A stretch of 64,000 nucleotides of DNA from Octopus sinensis (GCF_006345805.1 NC_042999.1:65534001-65598000); one strand, 5' to 3'; counted from the first letter of the stretch, positions 26,128-40,487 are shown. The notes: generated by a model not told the origin, from the sequence alone. Made by a program: numbers and translations.

Positions 26128-28280
26128 TGTACACATGCCTGCGTATATATAAATGATTATACATGTACTGTAATGTTTATATATACCGACACACTCACAT
26201 GCGCGCGAGCACACACATATTTCATACGTACACATTTGTCTATGCACGTATTATACATGCTACGATGCATATGACATTAACGCCTGTTGACGTCAAACTT
26301 CGCCGTTTCTTATTTATTGTCCATTGTTTTTCTCTTGTTTATTAAACACATTGTAATCATTTTCAGTCTAGAAAATACATACTGTCTTCTTTTAATTTCT
26401 CTTTTATTCACCATGTGTTGCTAGTCTTCGATGACATTATCAAAGAGAAAAAAAAAGACGATCAATTAGTTCTTAATAATTAAGTTAGGTAAAAATCAAT
26501 TCTTATACACTTCAAATGATCAATAAATGATCATCTCATCTTAATTAAAGTTAAACCAAGTAGAAATTACATTTAATTAAGATGAAATAACATCGTAACG
26601 TATAACGAAACTTATATGGATTTATCACTATATTCTTGTTTATAAATCTATCGGATATATTTGTGAACATACGTGTTTGTTTGTGTGTGTATGTGGGTGT
26701 ATGTGTGCGTTTGAGTTTGTTTGTGAGTGCGTGTGTGTGTGTATCACCTGCTTAAGAAAGAAAATTGTGCAAGTTAATTGAATTTGATAAAAAAATATCA
26801 GAAAGTAAATTAACGTGTTTATAAAACATAAAGTGAATAAGAAAAACTAAATATAAAAACAGAAGATTACTAATGAAAAATTATTCTTATATAATATCTT
26901 CTTAAAAAGTATCATTAACTTATTTTTGTATACTTTTGCTGCTTGCATATGCGTCATAATACTTTTTTCTAATCTCTTAACATCACTTAACGGTTTGATT
27001 ATAAATTTAAAGTACCTTCATAAAAATAATCATAAAACCTACATGATTAGAATGTGCAATAGTTTATTGCGAAAGGCAAAAGTTTTACGACTCTCTACTA
27101 CTTTGCATATTTCCGCTGAAAAGTATGCACGTATGTATATAAATCTGGCAATAAAACGTAAAGAAAGAAAACGATATTCAAGAAAATATTTAAATTCCCG
27201 ACATATATTATTATTTGTTGTATTCGGCCTATGAACGTATATCTGGAGAGAACGTGTATGTGCTAACTTGGAGAGACGTATTAGGATAACATCTAGTTTG
27301 TAACGACGTCAGTGCTGTAATCAGTCGTGCGGTGATCTTTTTTGAGTTTCCTCTAATCAAGTGTAAACTTCGAGTGCTGAGGTTATATTTTTATTTAGAA
27401 TTACACTATTACTTTAAGTTTTTTGCGAAATATTAACGACATGCCCACAACAATGAACCAAAGACTTTCAGTGAAAAAAAATGCAATTCATACCGAAAGA
27501 GTTGTTTAGAAATGTAAGATATTTCCGCTACTACTCACATATATTTATAATTCTGCATGCAAAGGAAGGTTAACCAGCTTTTCCAGTCAAACTGTCTTAC
27601 CAACTTGTGTCATAGGCTGAAAACATGTCCTCCACGCTACTATACCAAGAGCGTATACATAACACTACTCTAAAATCTAGATGCTTGAGTTGTCAGACGC
27701 GTAATATTCAAGATAATGATGAGAAAGAGAAAATAATTATCTTATAATAATTCTGCTTGTCATTATGTTACTTAGCCCGTCGGTAACGCTTTCACGTTAT
27801 TAGAGAAAGGAGGGGAGAGAAAAAGAGAGAGGCAGAAAGAGAGGGAGAGAGAAGCGTCCGTGACATGAGGTAGATGGAATGTAATTGTAAAGTTTTCACG
27901 TGATTTGTTGAGCGGAAATAGAGGAGAAAGGAAAAGGAGAGAGACAAAGAGGACAAGGCGAAGAGTGAGACAGAATAAGAAAGAAAGAATAAGGGAGAGA
28001 GAAAGACGGAGAATGAAAAAAAGATTACAAAATACTGAAGTAATTACATAACAGTTGTAAATATATTATATAATGTAGCAAATCACCTCATCGGTAAACA
28101 TTGCGGAACACTAATGAAATGAATTTGTATTTTATCTAAACGTATGTAATTTCTATTTCATGGTTCATTTTCTGCATACTAGTGTATCCCGAGGTTGAGG
28201 ATTCGCATTATCTTACATTAGACACAGTTGTGTAGTGTGGAACCCACTACTAGAATATAGTACTAGAACATAGGAGGAAA

Positions 28281-28627
28281 TCATCATCATCATTGTTCGA
28301 CCGTGGTCGAGACAATGGAATTTACCATGTTGCGCCAGACTTCACGGTCCATCATAGCATTACGGAGGTCCTGTTGCTGGATGCCTGTATCCCTGGAGAT
28401 TACATCAGGGTAGGAGAGTGTGCGCCCTCTGGTGTTGCGAGTAGATGTCTTCCAGAGGAGAAGAGTAGAAATTACTTCTTTTTCAGCTCTACAACAATGT
28501 CCAGCAAACTGGACTCTCCTACCTTTCACAAGAGATGACACAGGTGGTAATTTCCCATATATTTGCATTTTAGTTGGATGGCGCCTCCACGAGAGATTTT
28601 GAGCTCTCATAAGGAGGCGAGTGTAGG
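28281..28627 (-). mobile_element. RTE/RTEX-clade LINE 3' fragment with (TGA)n tail
   Basis: YTRLLMRAQNLSWRRHPTK...RRVQFAGHCCRAEKE...LLLW...MMDREVWR, followed by tgatgatgatg. Confidence 0.85.
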
Positions 28628-28974
28628 TTCCGTTACGTAATAACAGCCCAATCAGATATGAAATAATAATTCAAAGTAAATAACACTCAAAAGGGCTTTT
28701 GTGCATTCCCAGAGAATTTTACCCTCAAGGGCCACTAGTGTTTGTATACTCGTGAATAAATCACTAACCGAAATAAGTGGATCTCTTGTTTAAGAATATA
28801 CTATTTACTTGTTTCGGTGTTGTACTGGATAAAATGTGAAAATAACTGTAACAGTTCAAATACTAAGAAATAAGCATACTCAATTTCAATTTTACCAAAT
28901 AATAAAGGAAAACGAATGGGTTATTTACTTTCGTTTTTGATATAAAATGTATTATATATAAGGATTCCTTCCAG

Positions 28975-29143
28975 GGGCTCTAGTATTGATTTTTCCAACA
29001 ATCTGAGTATGCCATGAGGCTGCCAGACTTAATTTCTATTCATGTGTCAGATTTCAGGAAAATTGATAAAACGATGTAGGAGGAGTTAGCTAACAACTCT
29101 ACAAACACACCCACAGACAGAATTTCCCACATATGTAGTAGAT
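28975..29143 (+). mobile_element. Probable 3' end of a non-autonomous Helitron/Helentron-type (Lep1/HINE-like) element
   Basis: agatttcaggaaaattg...aggaggagtta...acagacagaatttcccacatatgtagtagat resembles the 3' end of 38444-38829. Confidence 0.4.
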
Positions 29144-30859
29144 ATGCACATAAACAATATCTGTGTCTTTTGAGTACGTGTCTATATATTAGTGTATGTT
29201 TGTGTGTGTGTGTGGTTTGTGTGTGTTCTTAACCATTAGTCTTTTGTTTCTATGGAAAACACAACTTGGCATTTCGATAATCGAAAATCGATACATTATT
29301 TTACACATTGAAATAAGTACCGGGTACAATAAGCAAGACTATGACACGAGGTCTCTGCCCCAGATTGGTCGTAGTTAGATGATTGAATACAAGATGAATG
29401 AATGCCAAGGCACTTGCAGGGATGTCTAATAACCACGTAAACAGTAATGAAATATAATTGTCCATATATTTTACACTTCATAGACAATTGCTTGTACAAT
29501 TACTTCAGTTTAATTGTAGGAAAATTATTACAATTTCATAAACGTGTTCATCATTCCATCGTAGCTTATTTTCAGCAATTTGAAATCAATTATGCAAATT
29601 GCAAAAGGCATCATTATTTTCCTATTCAGAAAACCTCATTTCTGTAAGAATAAACTACGTAATTATGTAATTAGAAATTGTTAAAAATTACAGATTAAAA
29701 TTCCTATCATTGAGAAAACTTTTTCCTAACTTTTAATTTGATTTTAAATGCATAATGTTTGAGACGTTAATATAACTGATTGTCATAAAAATTTATATTT
29801 GCAGTATCTTCTGATTAATGTTCTTTCCCGCATGTAGAAGTAATCCATGAGATTTATCAGAGGAATCCAATTTAGTATTCTATAATTTTTGTTTTAATAC
29901 ATATAATGTTACCATATATCTTTATTACTCTCTAATGCAGCATTCCTTCTCTATGGAATATATAAAAATTCCATGTGCTAAATTAGCAGCAACTTTATTA
30001 CATTTCATTTAAATCGATATTAACTGTGATGAATTGACGCTGTTTTTTTCTCATTATTGCTATTTTCCCGTGTAATGAGCTTAACAGAAGAAAGTAATAA
30101 GATTTCCATTTGACGAGAATTACACAATGCTGTTCATTCTCAAACAGCGTACCTGAAGGGGTACCGAAGCGAAACCTGATTTCTAAAAATATAATTCTAG
30201 CCTAATTAATCTACATTTGTGTTTAACATCTTTAAAAAAAAGTTAAGCAATGCTTTGTCAAATATTATCCACGTAATTTCCGCGCCACACTTCCTTAGTA
30301 CTATGTAAGTAACTAATCATAACTTCCTTTCTATTCAATTATGTAAATTAGGCCAGCACAGCATTTAATCACCTAATATAATTAAAATATTAATGTTTAA
30401 ACAGGCCTGGAAACCTGAGATAGAGGATTTTGCTAAATAACTATGAAAGAATCCAAACCAAGTTTATTTCGTCTATCGGGTAATATATATGTCAAATATT
30501 TTTAACACACACACAAGCAAACAAACATGGACAGGAACGTGCACAGTCACACACATACACACACACATTCACAAACGTAAATATTGCACACACACACATC
30601 GAAACAACTTGAAATAAGACCTATGTTAGCATTTTTGAATTTTATAATTGGAACTTTTGGCTGTAGAGGACTAGTCTGCTATATCGACAATAAGAGTTAA
30701 TGATACTTAATTGGTAATATTGCGACAGCGAAGTATATACACATACACACAGATAGACAGACAGATAGATATGCATGTTTCTATATATGAATTTATGAAA
30801 GGAATTAAACGCTTTGCTGATTCCGCTATCTTAAAATCTTTACGGCTGCCAATCATATA

Positions 30860-31170
30860 TATAATAGGCATCCGTCGATCTCTCCGCGTCCGAAGAGATC
30901 GTGTGAACTTCAGATGATACTGCAGCGTCTGTTGTAGCTGTACAAACCCACACGGGACAGGCATTTGCGAATACGGTGACAGCATAGGGAGCAGCTCTCT
31001 GCCGGCGCTAATGGATTTTCCTTCTATCGAATGTTCTTTTCTTTGGTGGCGAGTTCGTGCATTTATTCTGGTCGCGTCATCGCCTTTCGAAGTATTTGTC
31101 TTCAGTGTAGGCGATCATTTGCGACATCCTCCCATCTCGGAACGTCCAGATTAAGCGGTGTCATAGCATC
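30860..31170 (-). mobile_element. RTE (BovB-like) LINE 3' fragment, degenerate
   Basis: LNLDVPRWEDVANDRLH*RQILRK...CLSRVGLYSYNRRCS, then a 3' UTR ending gatcgacggatgcctattat. Confidence 0.75.
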
Positions 31171-31212
31171 TGTGTGTGTGTGTACAATCGCTTGCATATT
31201 AAAGACAAAAGC

Positions 31213-31265
<53 letters not shown>

Positions 31266-31756
31266 CGAATCTAATTTAAACATACCTATTTTACACATAC
31301 TTAAGGGTTTTAAAAAATTAAAATATAGTTTATAGTATTGAACGATGATAAATTGATATAAGGGCCTGATGATTGGGGTTACATTTTAAGACGGGTTCCA
31401 GCAAAACGCGGAATGGTTTAGGAACCGGGGAATGTACCTCATGAAGAACGTGTAGCCAAGTTATAAAACAGTAGGTATTAAAAATAAAAATTCTTTTTTA
31501 TATGGTGAGATGAAGGGCCTATTATCTCTAAATTGAAACATATTTCTTCATTGACAATAACTTGAACTTCTGTTATGCCGGAATTTTTATTCCGTAACAA
31601 ATAAAATTTAAATATATGTATATATATATATATGTGTGTGTGTGTGTGGATATATATACGTGTGCGCACGTGTGTGTGAATGGGTATGTGTATAGTATAT
31701 AATACATATATATATAAAATATATATCATATTTATTATATATTACATAGAGTGCAA

Positions 31757-31850
31757 GCGTAGCTGTGTACTGAGAATATTGCTTCCCAACAACCTGGTCG
31801 CGAGTTCGGTCCCAATGCGGGGAACCTTGGTCAAGTGTCGTCTACAAGTG
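31757..31850 (+). mobile_element. Degenerate head of a CORE-type SINE (family B)
   Basis: gtagctgtgt...gagttcggtccca atgcggggaaccttggtcaagtgtcgtctac, homologous to 40377-40487 and 48100-48255. Confidence 0.6.
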
Positions 31851-32039
31851 TCGTCAATGCCACGATCACATGTTACACACCTTCCTTCCAACTCACTGCT
31901 GTAAACAGCAGAAATAAAGTAGAAATTTAAAACTTAGTACACATGCACAGCAAAGGTGAAGCTTAATCCCTACGAAGCGGCTTCACTTTGTGTGTGTTAG
32001 ATTTGTTACTATGGCAACATCCGGCTACTTATTAATCAG

Positions 32040-32102
<63 letters not shown>

Positions 32103-32124
32103 AAATAATACGTGCGTATATATG

Positions 32125-32172
<48 letters not shown>

Positions 32173-32220
32173 CACATAGGTATATATTTATAAATATATA
32201 TATATATATATGTATAAATC

Positions 32221-32251
<31 letters not shown>

Positions 32252-32809
32252 AAGTAAGAGAGCGTGATAGATAGATAGACAGACAGGCACAAACTAGTGT
32301 AGATTGGTGTTTAACTTTGAGGTGTATAGGTTATACAGAGAAGAATACCGGTATGTATCTTTCGTTATATATGACTTTCGGATGATAAACCATGAAATGT
32401 TTTGATTCGGATTAATTACTTGAGAAAGCTAACGTAGTGTAGACTTCTTTGTTATCCAATACATTTATAGAACAGACAGCGTAAGAATGCTCAAGCCATC
32501 ATTTGGAAGCCACATAACTTCTCTGCTGTACAACGGATTTTAGGCAGTATGCTATGTCTATTGTCGCACATGAATGAGCACTGTACTAGTATGTGAGATT
32601 TAAATTTAATAGATTTAATAAATCTCCAAAATTCTTGGTCAATGTACTGGAAATATGAGTGCAATGTCCATTAGCTTAAAAGGAGTTTTTTTTTTATATT
32701 TCACAATTTCATATATATTTTCCCAGTCACTCTGTAAAGTTAAACTCATTCAGTGCCTTATGCAATATGTGTGTGTGTGTGTGAGTGTGTGTATGTGTGT
32801 GCAGAGATA

Positions 32810-33035
32810 GGTAGGTAGATACATAGACAGATAGATAGATAGATAGATAGATCGATCGATAGATAAATTGATAGATAGACAGATGGATAGGTAGACAGAC
32901 AGATTGATCGATAGAGAGATAGAAAGATCGATAAATAGAGAGATAGACAGATCCATAAATAGAGAGATAGACAGATCGATAAATAGAGAGATAGACAGAC
33001 ATATGGATAGGTAGATAGATAGATAGATAGATAGA
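32810..33035. repeat. Degenerate (AGAT)n microsatellite
   Basis: Directly visible. Confidence 0.9.
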
Positions 33036-33359
33036 TATTACATGTTACACTTCACTCATGTAGCCACATATATTCGGTCCTTGAGCTTTTCCATTTTCTG
33101 GACTTTTTCCCTTCTCTAGACATTTTCCGCTCTACAATTCTCCTTTTCTTGCTTTCTGTCGAAGAGCTATGCTGAGTCGTCAATAACCCATTATTTTTTC
33201 CACTTTTACTGAACGTCAAACAGAAACATTCCATAGGTACATCGACTTGTTATATTATGTTTTCTTGTAATGTTCGATTTTTAGTATTCGATTATACAAT
33301 ATATATATATACATACACATATGTGTAAATATATAGTTATATACATACACTTATGTATG

Positions 33360-33392
<33 letters not shown>

Positions 33393-33576
33393 CATACATA
33401 CATATACACACGCACACACATATGTATATATATATACATACATATACACACACATATGTATATATATATATACATACAAACACATATATATATATAAGCA
33501 TACACACACACATATGTATATATATATATATATACATACACACACATATGTATATATATATATACACACATATGTG

Positions 33577-33628
<52 letters not shown>

Positions 33629-35105
33629 ATCGCTATAGTTCATGTAAAGGATTGTAGCCAGAAGTAGAAATCCAAGAAGTTTTACAAATAGAAATAAAGC
33701 CTTTATATCTTGGCCGAAAATGTTTCGATTCAGAAGGAGATATTGAAAAGAAATATGGGTTAACATAGGTTCCTTGTGATTTTAATTAAAGGATGTGATT
33801 AATTCCATTTTCCCTCGATTATACATACATATATATATATATATATATGCATAAAATAGTACGCTGGCACGCCTGTGTTTGTGTGTGCTTGTCTGTTTTG
33901 TAACGTATTGGTGTTTCTTTTTACATAATGTTATACAAAGTTAGTGAATGTTTTATACAAACTAGAAGTCCAATACTCTAAACTGTATTTAAAATATGTA
34001 TATTAGTTTTTTCCCCTTATGTGTTATGTTATTCTGGGAAATAACTTTAGCTATTTGTTGAAAAAAGTCGATTACATGTTACAACAAAATTTATATCAGT
34101 CTAAGAGAAGTAATTACAGATAAATATATATAACCAAAACGTTTGATGTTAGCGGATCCTCTTTGTGAAGACGGCTTGCCCAGCAGAGATGCTAAGTACT
34201 TGAGTTGGAAGCCATAATATATTTATGTATGCTTGTATACATACATACATACATACATACATACATACATGCAAATATATAGTTTTTAAATACAGAACAT
34301 ATGTATATCATATACATATGTGTGTGTGTGTGTGTGCGCCTGTGAGTGTAGTTTTTTATATACATATATGTATAACGTAAGTGTGTATGTATATATGACT
34401 ATATATAATTGTACTTGTGTGTATGTGTGTTCATGTATTTTCATGCTTGTCTGTTCTATGTTGCTATATCATCCTTTCTTTTAGATTTTTTGTATATTCG
34501 TATAAGCCCCGTGAAATTCATTTTGAAAAATAAGTTCATAAATTTATTTTCATCTCTGTCACATTATCTGAATATGGAGTTGTAGTGGTTTTTGTATGTT
34601 ATATCGGGTGACACTTGTTTATGCAGATTTTATCACCAGTATTTGACTCTGAGAAATATAATTTACTCAGGAGCGTATTTTGGCCGTCAAATATATAGTA
34701 CCTCACATGCTCGTCCAGTATGTGAGGTCAGTTCGTGGTTTGTATATTAGTTTCAGTTCCCCGCTATGATATAAGTATTGCTTTCGTATATAGTTGTCTT
34801 TGCGGTAAGCTATATATGTGAGTAAATATATTCCCGATGTAAATCTGAAAAAAAAATAATCACCTAATACGACAGAGATAGTATTAAAAGCCAATACACT
34901 TCCGTATATGATAATTAGTTTATGGTTTTCTACCTGCAAGTATCAAATGAAGACACTGTGAAGCGTCACGTGCCGGTTGAGACTAGAATATCTTCAATCA
35001 TAAGTAGCGGTATAAATATTGACATGTGTATATGTGGTGATAGATTTATGCTTACTTCCAGTTTTTCCGAAAGAGTATGTACATATGTTTGTGGCTGTGT
35101 GTGTA

Positions 35106-35138
<33 letters not shown>

Positions 35139-35198
35139 TCATGAAATACGACGGAAATTGAATTAAACTGTTTTTATCCATACATGTATACACGTATG

Positions 35199-35248
<50 letters not shown>

Positions 35249-35249
35249 A

Positions 35250-35430
35250 TCCAAACAAGAAAACACAGAAAAAAAGAGAAAAAACACAGCAACGCAGGAC
35301 GTGGAACAATTAAAGTATTATTGACACTCAGGAAAGAAGGGAAGGAGGGTTTAACGTTTCGAGCGGAGCTCTTCGTCGGAAACAAGGAGAAGGAAAGATC
35401 CCAAGGAGGGAAGACAGAGGAGAAAAAAAA
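35250..35430 (-). mobile_element. Penelope pLTR-derived short repeat with hammerhead-like core (35349-35383)
   Basis: Reverse complement reads gttt-ccgacga-a-gagc-tcc-gctc-gaaac-gtt-aaac: perfect stems, core U4 changed to C. Confidence 0.7.
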
Positions 35431-35448
35431 TATATATATACACATACA

Positions 35449-35485
<37 letters not shown>

Positions 35486-35490
<5 letters not shown>

Positions 35491-36554
35491 TAAAAAATGG
35501 AGTTAACGCAGGTTTAAACAAGTATTTTTACTTTCTACATATCCTATCCTAACCTTATGTGAATTAATTATAGAGTAATATCTAGAATTATTTGGAAAAA
35601 TCCTAGCAATAGCTTGACGAAACAGCAGTGGGAGATTAGATTTAATTTGTCTCCCGTAAGGAATTATTAACCAAATATTTTTACTAGTATTCATAGCGTA
35701 ATTACTTTTGAAGGTGTTATATTTTCTTTTAGATCGGTAATAGGGGAATAAATAAGGGTTATCTGCCTTCATTCGCTTTGTATCGGTGGGTAAGTTATGT
35801 TTGTTATCAATAATTCTTTTACGACTAGGAATCTTATCTACATTATTGAATTTACAATTAGACTGAGCAGAATCAATGTAGAAACTTTTTTCTGTATAAC
35901 CTGCTTTGATTAAGGCAGAGTTATAGAATTCAGCGTTATTATTGAAAATATCAACATTAGCAGATAATTTAGATAATCTAAATGAAATATTCTTAACTAA
36001 ATTCTTAGTAATTGCTCCAGGATGATTACTAAATTTGCTAATGTACTTAAGATTGGTCAACGGTTTATGATATGGGAAGTAAGAGTCACTGTGTAAATTA
36101 AGCGTAATATCTAAAAAGTTGGCCTTCGTCAGATCATCAAAACGATTTTTAAGCCCATTCTACTGAAAAAATTAACTAAACTGTTCTTAACTTTTTGTAC
36201 CTTTTAGTTGGAAACATTTCGGAGGTAAAGTAAACAATCATCACGATATAGACCTCCATAAATGTTAGGGAACTCTTCAGCCATTTCAAAAAGAATATAT
36301 ATACAGACCAAATCATCTATCTGTGCTGAATCAGAACTTCCTATAGGTATATCGAAACTATCTGGTGTGTCTTTACGGACCCACAACTTATCATCAAATT
36401 TAATAATAGATCTTCTGGCTGCCAACACAACAGTAATTTCTTCTCGGGTGAGACCAGCTTTGTTATGAGCAAGCCAAAGTGCCTTATTAAGTACTATTGG
36501 ATTAATAGACGAATAAAAATTGGAAATATCAAACTGGATAAACTTCGTACTCAC
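35486..36554 (-). pseudogene. Penelope-like (Neptune/Naiad-type) RT core and linker
   Basis: FIQFDISNFYSSI, LWVRK..FDIPIGSSDSAQIDDLV, GLYRDD, YISKFSNHP, IWLIIPYGRQIKSN...IINSHKVRIGY. Confidence 0.85.
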
Positions 36555-37173
36555 CTATCCATTACTATCCATTACTCAACATTTAGGGATAGAAATAAGC
36601 GGAATAGTACCGGTCTCAGCAAACTGATTTGGGATTTAAAAGACCACAATGAACAATTTCATTTAGAATGGTTGATCCTCTCAATTTCGATACCATATGA
36701 CAAAGGCAAGAAATTCTGTCTTCTCTGCAATTCTGAGCTATGTTTCATTATTTTTTCTAAAAATACTCTAGTAAACATGGTTATAGAACGAGCATACAGA
36801 TGTAAGCATTAACAGAAACATACTTTTAGTGCATATAAGTAGTCTCTATCATTATATATAGTTTAGACTTTAATTTCCTTTATATTTAACATTCACTATT
36901 AATATTCCTACTCTTTCTGTTAGCTACTTATGACGTTATATCATATAACGTTTTTTTAAACGATATTAATAGCGTTCTGTCTATCGCTATACGAATCCAT
37001 CACTTTTTGCTAAAATGTCGTATTGACAAGTTTCGTTTTTTCACTTTCCCGAAGAGAAGATTGCATTGTTTATACCATTTATTCTTTTGAATAAGTATCA
37101 GTGGAATTTTTGAAACATATGTAGAAAGTAAAAATACTTGTTTAAACCTGCGTTAACTCCATTTTTTATTCAT
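36555..37173 (+). mobile_element. Inverted pLTR-like arm of the same Penelope-like element: GIY-YIG C-terminus, 3' UTR, degenerate hammerhead (37043-37129)
   Basis: HYSTFRDRNKRNSTGLSKLIWDLKD...LEWLIL...PYDKGKKFCLLCNSE...RCKH on +; ACUUUC-CCGAAGA-GAAGAUU...AAUUUUU-GAAAC-AUAU-GUA-GAAAGU. Confidence 0.8.
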
Positions 37174-38443
37174 ATTATTCAAATATTCAACGTAAACACG
37201 AAGTTTCAACCTTTATAAGCAAGGAGTTACAACATCTTTACTTGTGAGATTTTTGCTGCCCTGGTAACTATTCATTCATTTATCCGTGTTAATTGTTAAC
37301 AAGGTAAATACATTTATATATATATACAATGCATACATATAAATAAATAAATTCATATATACATATGGAGAGATTTTTCGTAGCATCTAGTCTACGATTT
37401 TCTAATCAAACAGAGATAATAGAAGAGAACACTCATTTAACTAAATGTACTTTGATCGGCGCTGCAAACAGAACGCCTCCTTTATGACATAACGTATGTT
37501 CATTTATCTTTAAGGATGTAATATGCACGGGCTGGTATCGTTTACTCTTTACCCTTGTGTTAATCTTATACCTCGTGTTTGGTCTTATGTTTTTATGCTG
37601 CTCTTTAAATTTACTTGTAAACTGTCTTTGGTTTCCTTCTTTCAGTCTTATCCTTTTACTGTCTATTTCTATTCGTTCATATTTCCTTTTCTGTTAATGT
37701 TACAGTTTTCACCCCTTCCCCTATATATTTGTACATACATTTCCTTTTTATTCAGGTTTATACTAAATACTTCTACCTACATTTGGGACCCTTTGTGGCT
37801 CTCTTTCCATTGTTCTCTTTTCTTCTTGCGTAATGGGTCTTACAGAGACAAGTTAATTCACTTCAGTTTCGCTCTTTATAAATTATTCCATTAACTATTC
37901 TGTACTCTATTAATGCATCCATTGTAACTAGCTGTAAATTGTTAGAATACCAACGTCATTACTAATAATGTAGTTTTACTGAGAAGCTGATTCGTTAGCA
38001 AAATTAATGAAGAACAGCCAGTTGAATAATGAAGTTCGAGAAACGATATAAAATTTCTTTAACCAGATTACTTTCCTTCACATGTAGAGTGACTGATTTA
38101 ATTAAATTTATCTCTGATGGTTACAACGTCTCCTCATCATGGAGTTTATTTTACGACCTCAGCATTAACTGAACGAAATAATTACTCTCCTTTAGAAACT
38201 AGTTTCCGAAGAAATCATATCAAAAATCCTCATTTTCCTCTGTCTATTTCCATGGAAATTAAAACTTCATTTCGTAGTCACTTAATTACTGTTTACGTAT
38301 ATTGTATTCCATTAATACTTTCACTCCACTTTCTAACTCTGATTATATTTTCGAAAGAAACGACCAAATGAATTTTCGGCAGCACCAGAATACCTATCTT
38401 TGTCTCCTAGCTGCATCTTACGATTACTTATCTTTTAGTGTAT

Positions 38444-38829
38444 ACTAGCAGTATCGCCCGGCGTTGCTCGGGTTTGTAAGGGAAATAACTATAAAGGATT
38501 TTTTAGAGAGTTATAGCAAAAAAATAGCAAAAAAATGGGAAAAAAAAGATGGTAAATTTTTTTTTGATAGTTAAAAAGGTCGAGTTGCGTCCCCATGACC
38601 ATCTGTGGTTTGTATTTCTGATTGTCGACCCCATGTTGAATTTATCGATCTTTTTCAGAACTGGAGGAACTTTTCAAAATTTTCACTGCGTTAGTTTTGA
38701 ATTATGACATTGGGCTATGTGTGTGTCAAGTTTCATCAGAATCGGTTGAAAGCCGTGGTCAGAGTGAGGGTACAAGCAAACAGATACACAGAAACACACA
38801 CAGACAAACTGCCGTTTATATATAGAGAT
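38444..38829 (+). mobile_element. Non-autonomous Helitron/Helentron-type (Lep1/HINE-like) element
   Basis: 5' actagcagtatcgcccggcgttgctcggg with small hairpin; 3' aagtttcatcagaatcggttg...cagacaaactgccgtttatatatagagat; no TSD. Confidence 0.7.
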
Positions 38830-39148
38830 ATGTACTTGAGTATATCAAGTTTGGAAGACATATAAGGGTTGAAATTTATGCCCCCATCATGTATTGAGCC
38901 AGGTGCAATGTCACAATCACACAGCATGAGTTGTATGTAGCATGACAAAGCCCCTTACCCATACAAAAAAATATCTATATTGCTACCATTTTTTAATGAT
39001 AAGCATCACCGCTCTGCAATATGCACTGAGAATATTGTCTTCATCGAATTCGCCTCTAATGAAAAAGCATTCCAGACATTATCTTTCAGCCATGTTTTCC
39101 AGACAAGTCATATCTAACACTGTTATCCAGAGTGCTGTTTTGAATTAG

Positions 39149-39260
39149 AGGCCACCGTTTGATTTAAGAGATTTTGAAGCTATATCTCTCAGAGAAAATG
39201 ATAGTGTAGAAGAACTCTGGTTCTTAACTCTTCATTCATTTATAGCTTCTTTCTTCAGCA
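39149..39260 (+). CDS. Candidate coding exon (RPPFDLRDFEAISLRENDSVEELWFLTLHSFIASFFS-x)
   Basis: ttttgaattag| acceptor, AGCA|gtaaat donor, 37 codons plus 1 nt; phase-compatible with 41129-41235. Confidence 0.4.
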
Positions 39261-40376
39261 GTAAATGAAGGACAATGGGTGGCTTTCAGCAAGATTCACA
39301 ACGATTTTTGTCACGAAATAAAGCCGTGATTTTGCAGTGAATGATCTTAAAATGTTCGAGAATAGTGAAATTTCTACCGTACATCCGCAAATGTTTTATG
39401 TGTCTCTTCACAGATAAATACCATCATTATTTATAAGAAATTTCGAGACTGTCATTTAGCTTCTCTCTGTATAATCTTGTTGACGAAATAAAAAATTCTT
39501 TGAGTGGTGCTCCAGCATGATTGCATCTGCATGGCTGGAACTAGTTAAAGAATTAAAAAAAATATCTCAATCAGTTTAACGCAATTCAACAATTACTATA
39601 AATAAGTAATTAATCACCTTCAAAATTCGAAATAAAATGCAATGAATTTTACAAATGCAGGACTTCAGTGAATTTGAATTCTCTAGAAGTCATTTTCACT
39701 CTCGAATTGTGATTATGTTTCATTGATCTGCTCAGGTACCATGCTTTCAAACCTCACTGAATAGTTTTGTAATAACCCTAACTATGTAAAATAAGGTAAA
39801 TTGAATAACGAAATATGGATGAAGTTACTGTATATGCTATTAGTGCATCTTATTCGATAGGAGTTGTCACCACTTCAGTAGTCTTTATTTGAGAGCTACT
39901 AAACGAAAACAAGAGTTTAATATGAAATGCTAAATAAGAGTAAAATATTGTATACGTTAAAGTCCATAATGCTATTTGTGATGAGTTTGGCTACAAGAAT
40001 ATACGTGAATACAATCTATAATACACTAACTTCCACTACTCAGAGAATTTCTCTCTAATCTGGTTATCTCTGACAAAAGACGGATTATGTCGCAGTCATA
40101 TGTATTTCTAATGTTCTTAAACAGATTAACTCTTGTATATATTATGTTAAATGGTTAATGTAGTTTCGATGAAAAATTCGTTCCGTGCAACTATAAATAA
40201 ATAATTCTATAATTTCAACTTTTAAAATTTCTTAGAGTAACAGTCGTAACTTCTTTTGCGTTTGCTTTCTCTCTTAATGAAATCAGCTTCCAGAGAGAGA
40301 GGGAGGGAGAAAGAAAAACAGAGCGAGTGGGAGGGAGAGAGAGAAAGAGTGTGTATATATATATATATATATATAT

Positions 40377-40487
40377 GGGCGCAGGTGTAGCTGTGTGGTA
40401 AGTAGCCTGCTTACACAAACCACATAGTTCCTGGTTCAGTCCCACTGCGCGACACATTCGGCAAGTGTGTTCTACTATAGCCTCTAT
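40377..40487 (+). mobile_element. Head of a CORE-type tRNA-derived SINE (family B), 3'-truncated
   Basis: ggcgcaggtgtagctgtgtggtaag...ggttcagtcccactgcg...ggcaagtgtgttctactatagcctc. Confidence 0.8.

Noticed and set aside
31391-31456. Possible terminal exon x-GFQQNAEWFRNRGMYLMKNV* followed by AATAAA
   Set aside because: Short, no good donor, and conflicts with downstream exon candidates; chance-level evidence
40377-40460. tRNA genes (also at 2957, 4973, 48170 and 63667)
   Set aside because: A/B boxes are present but I could not fold a complete cloverleaf, and each continues into a SINE body
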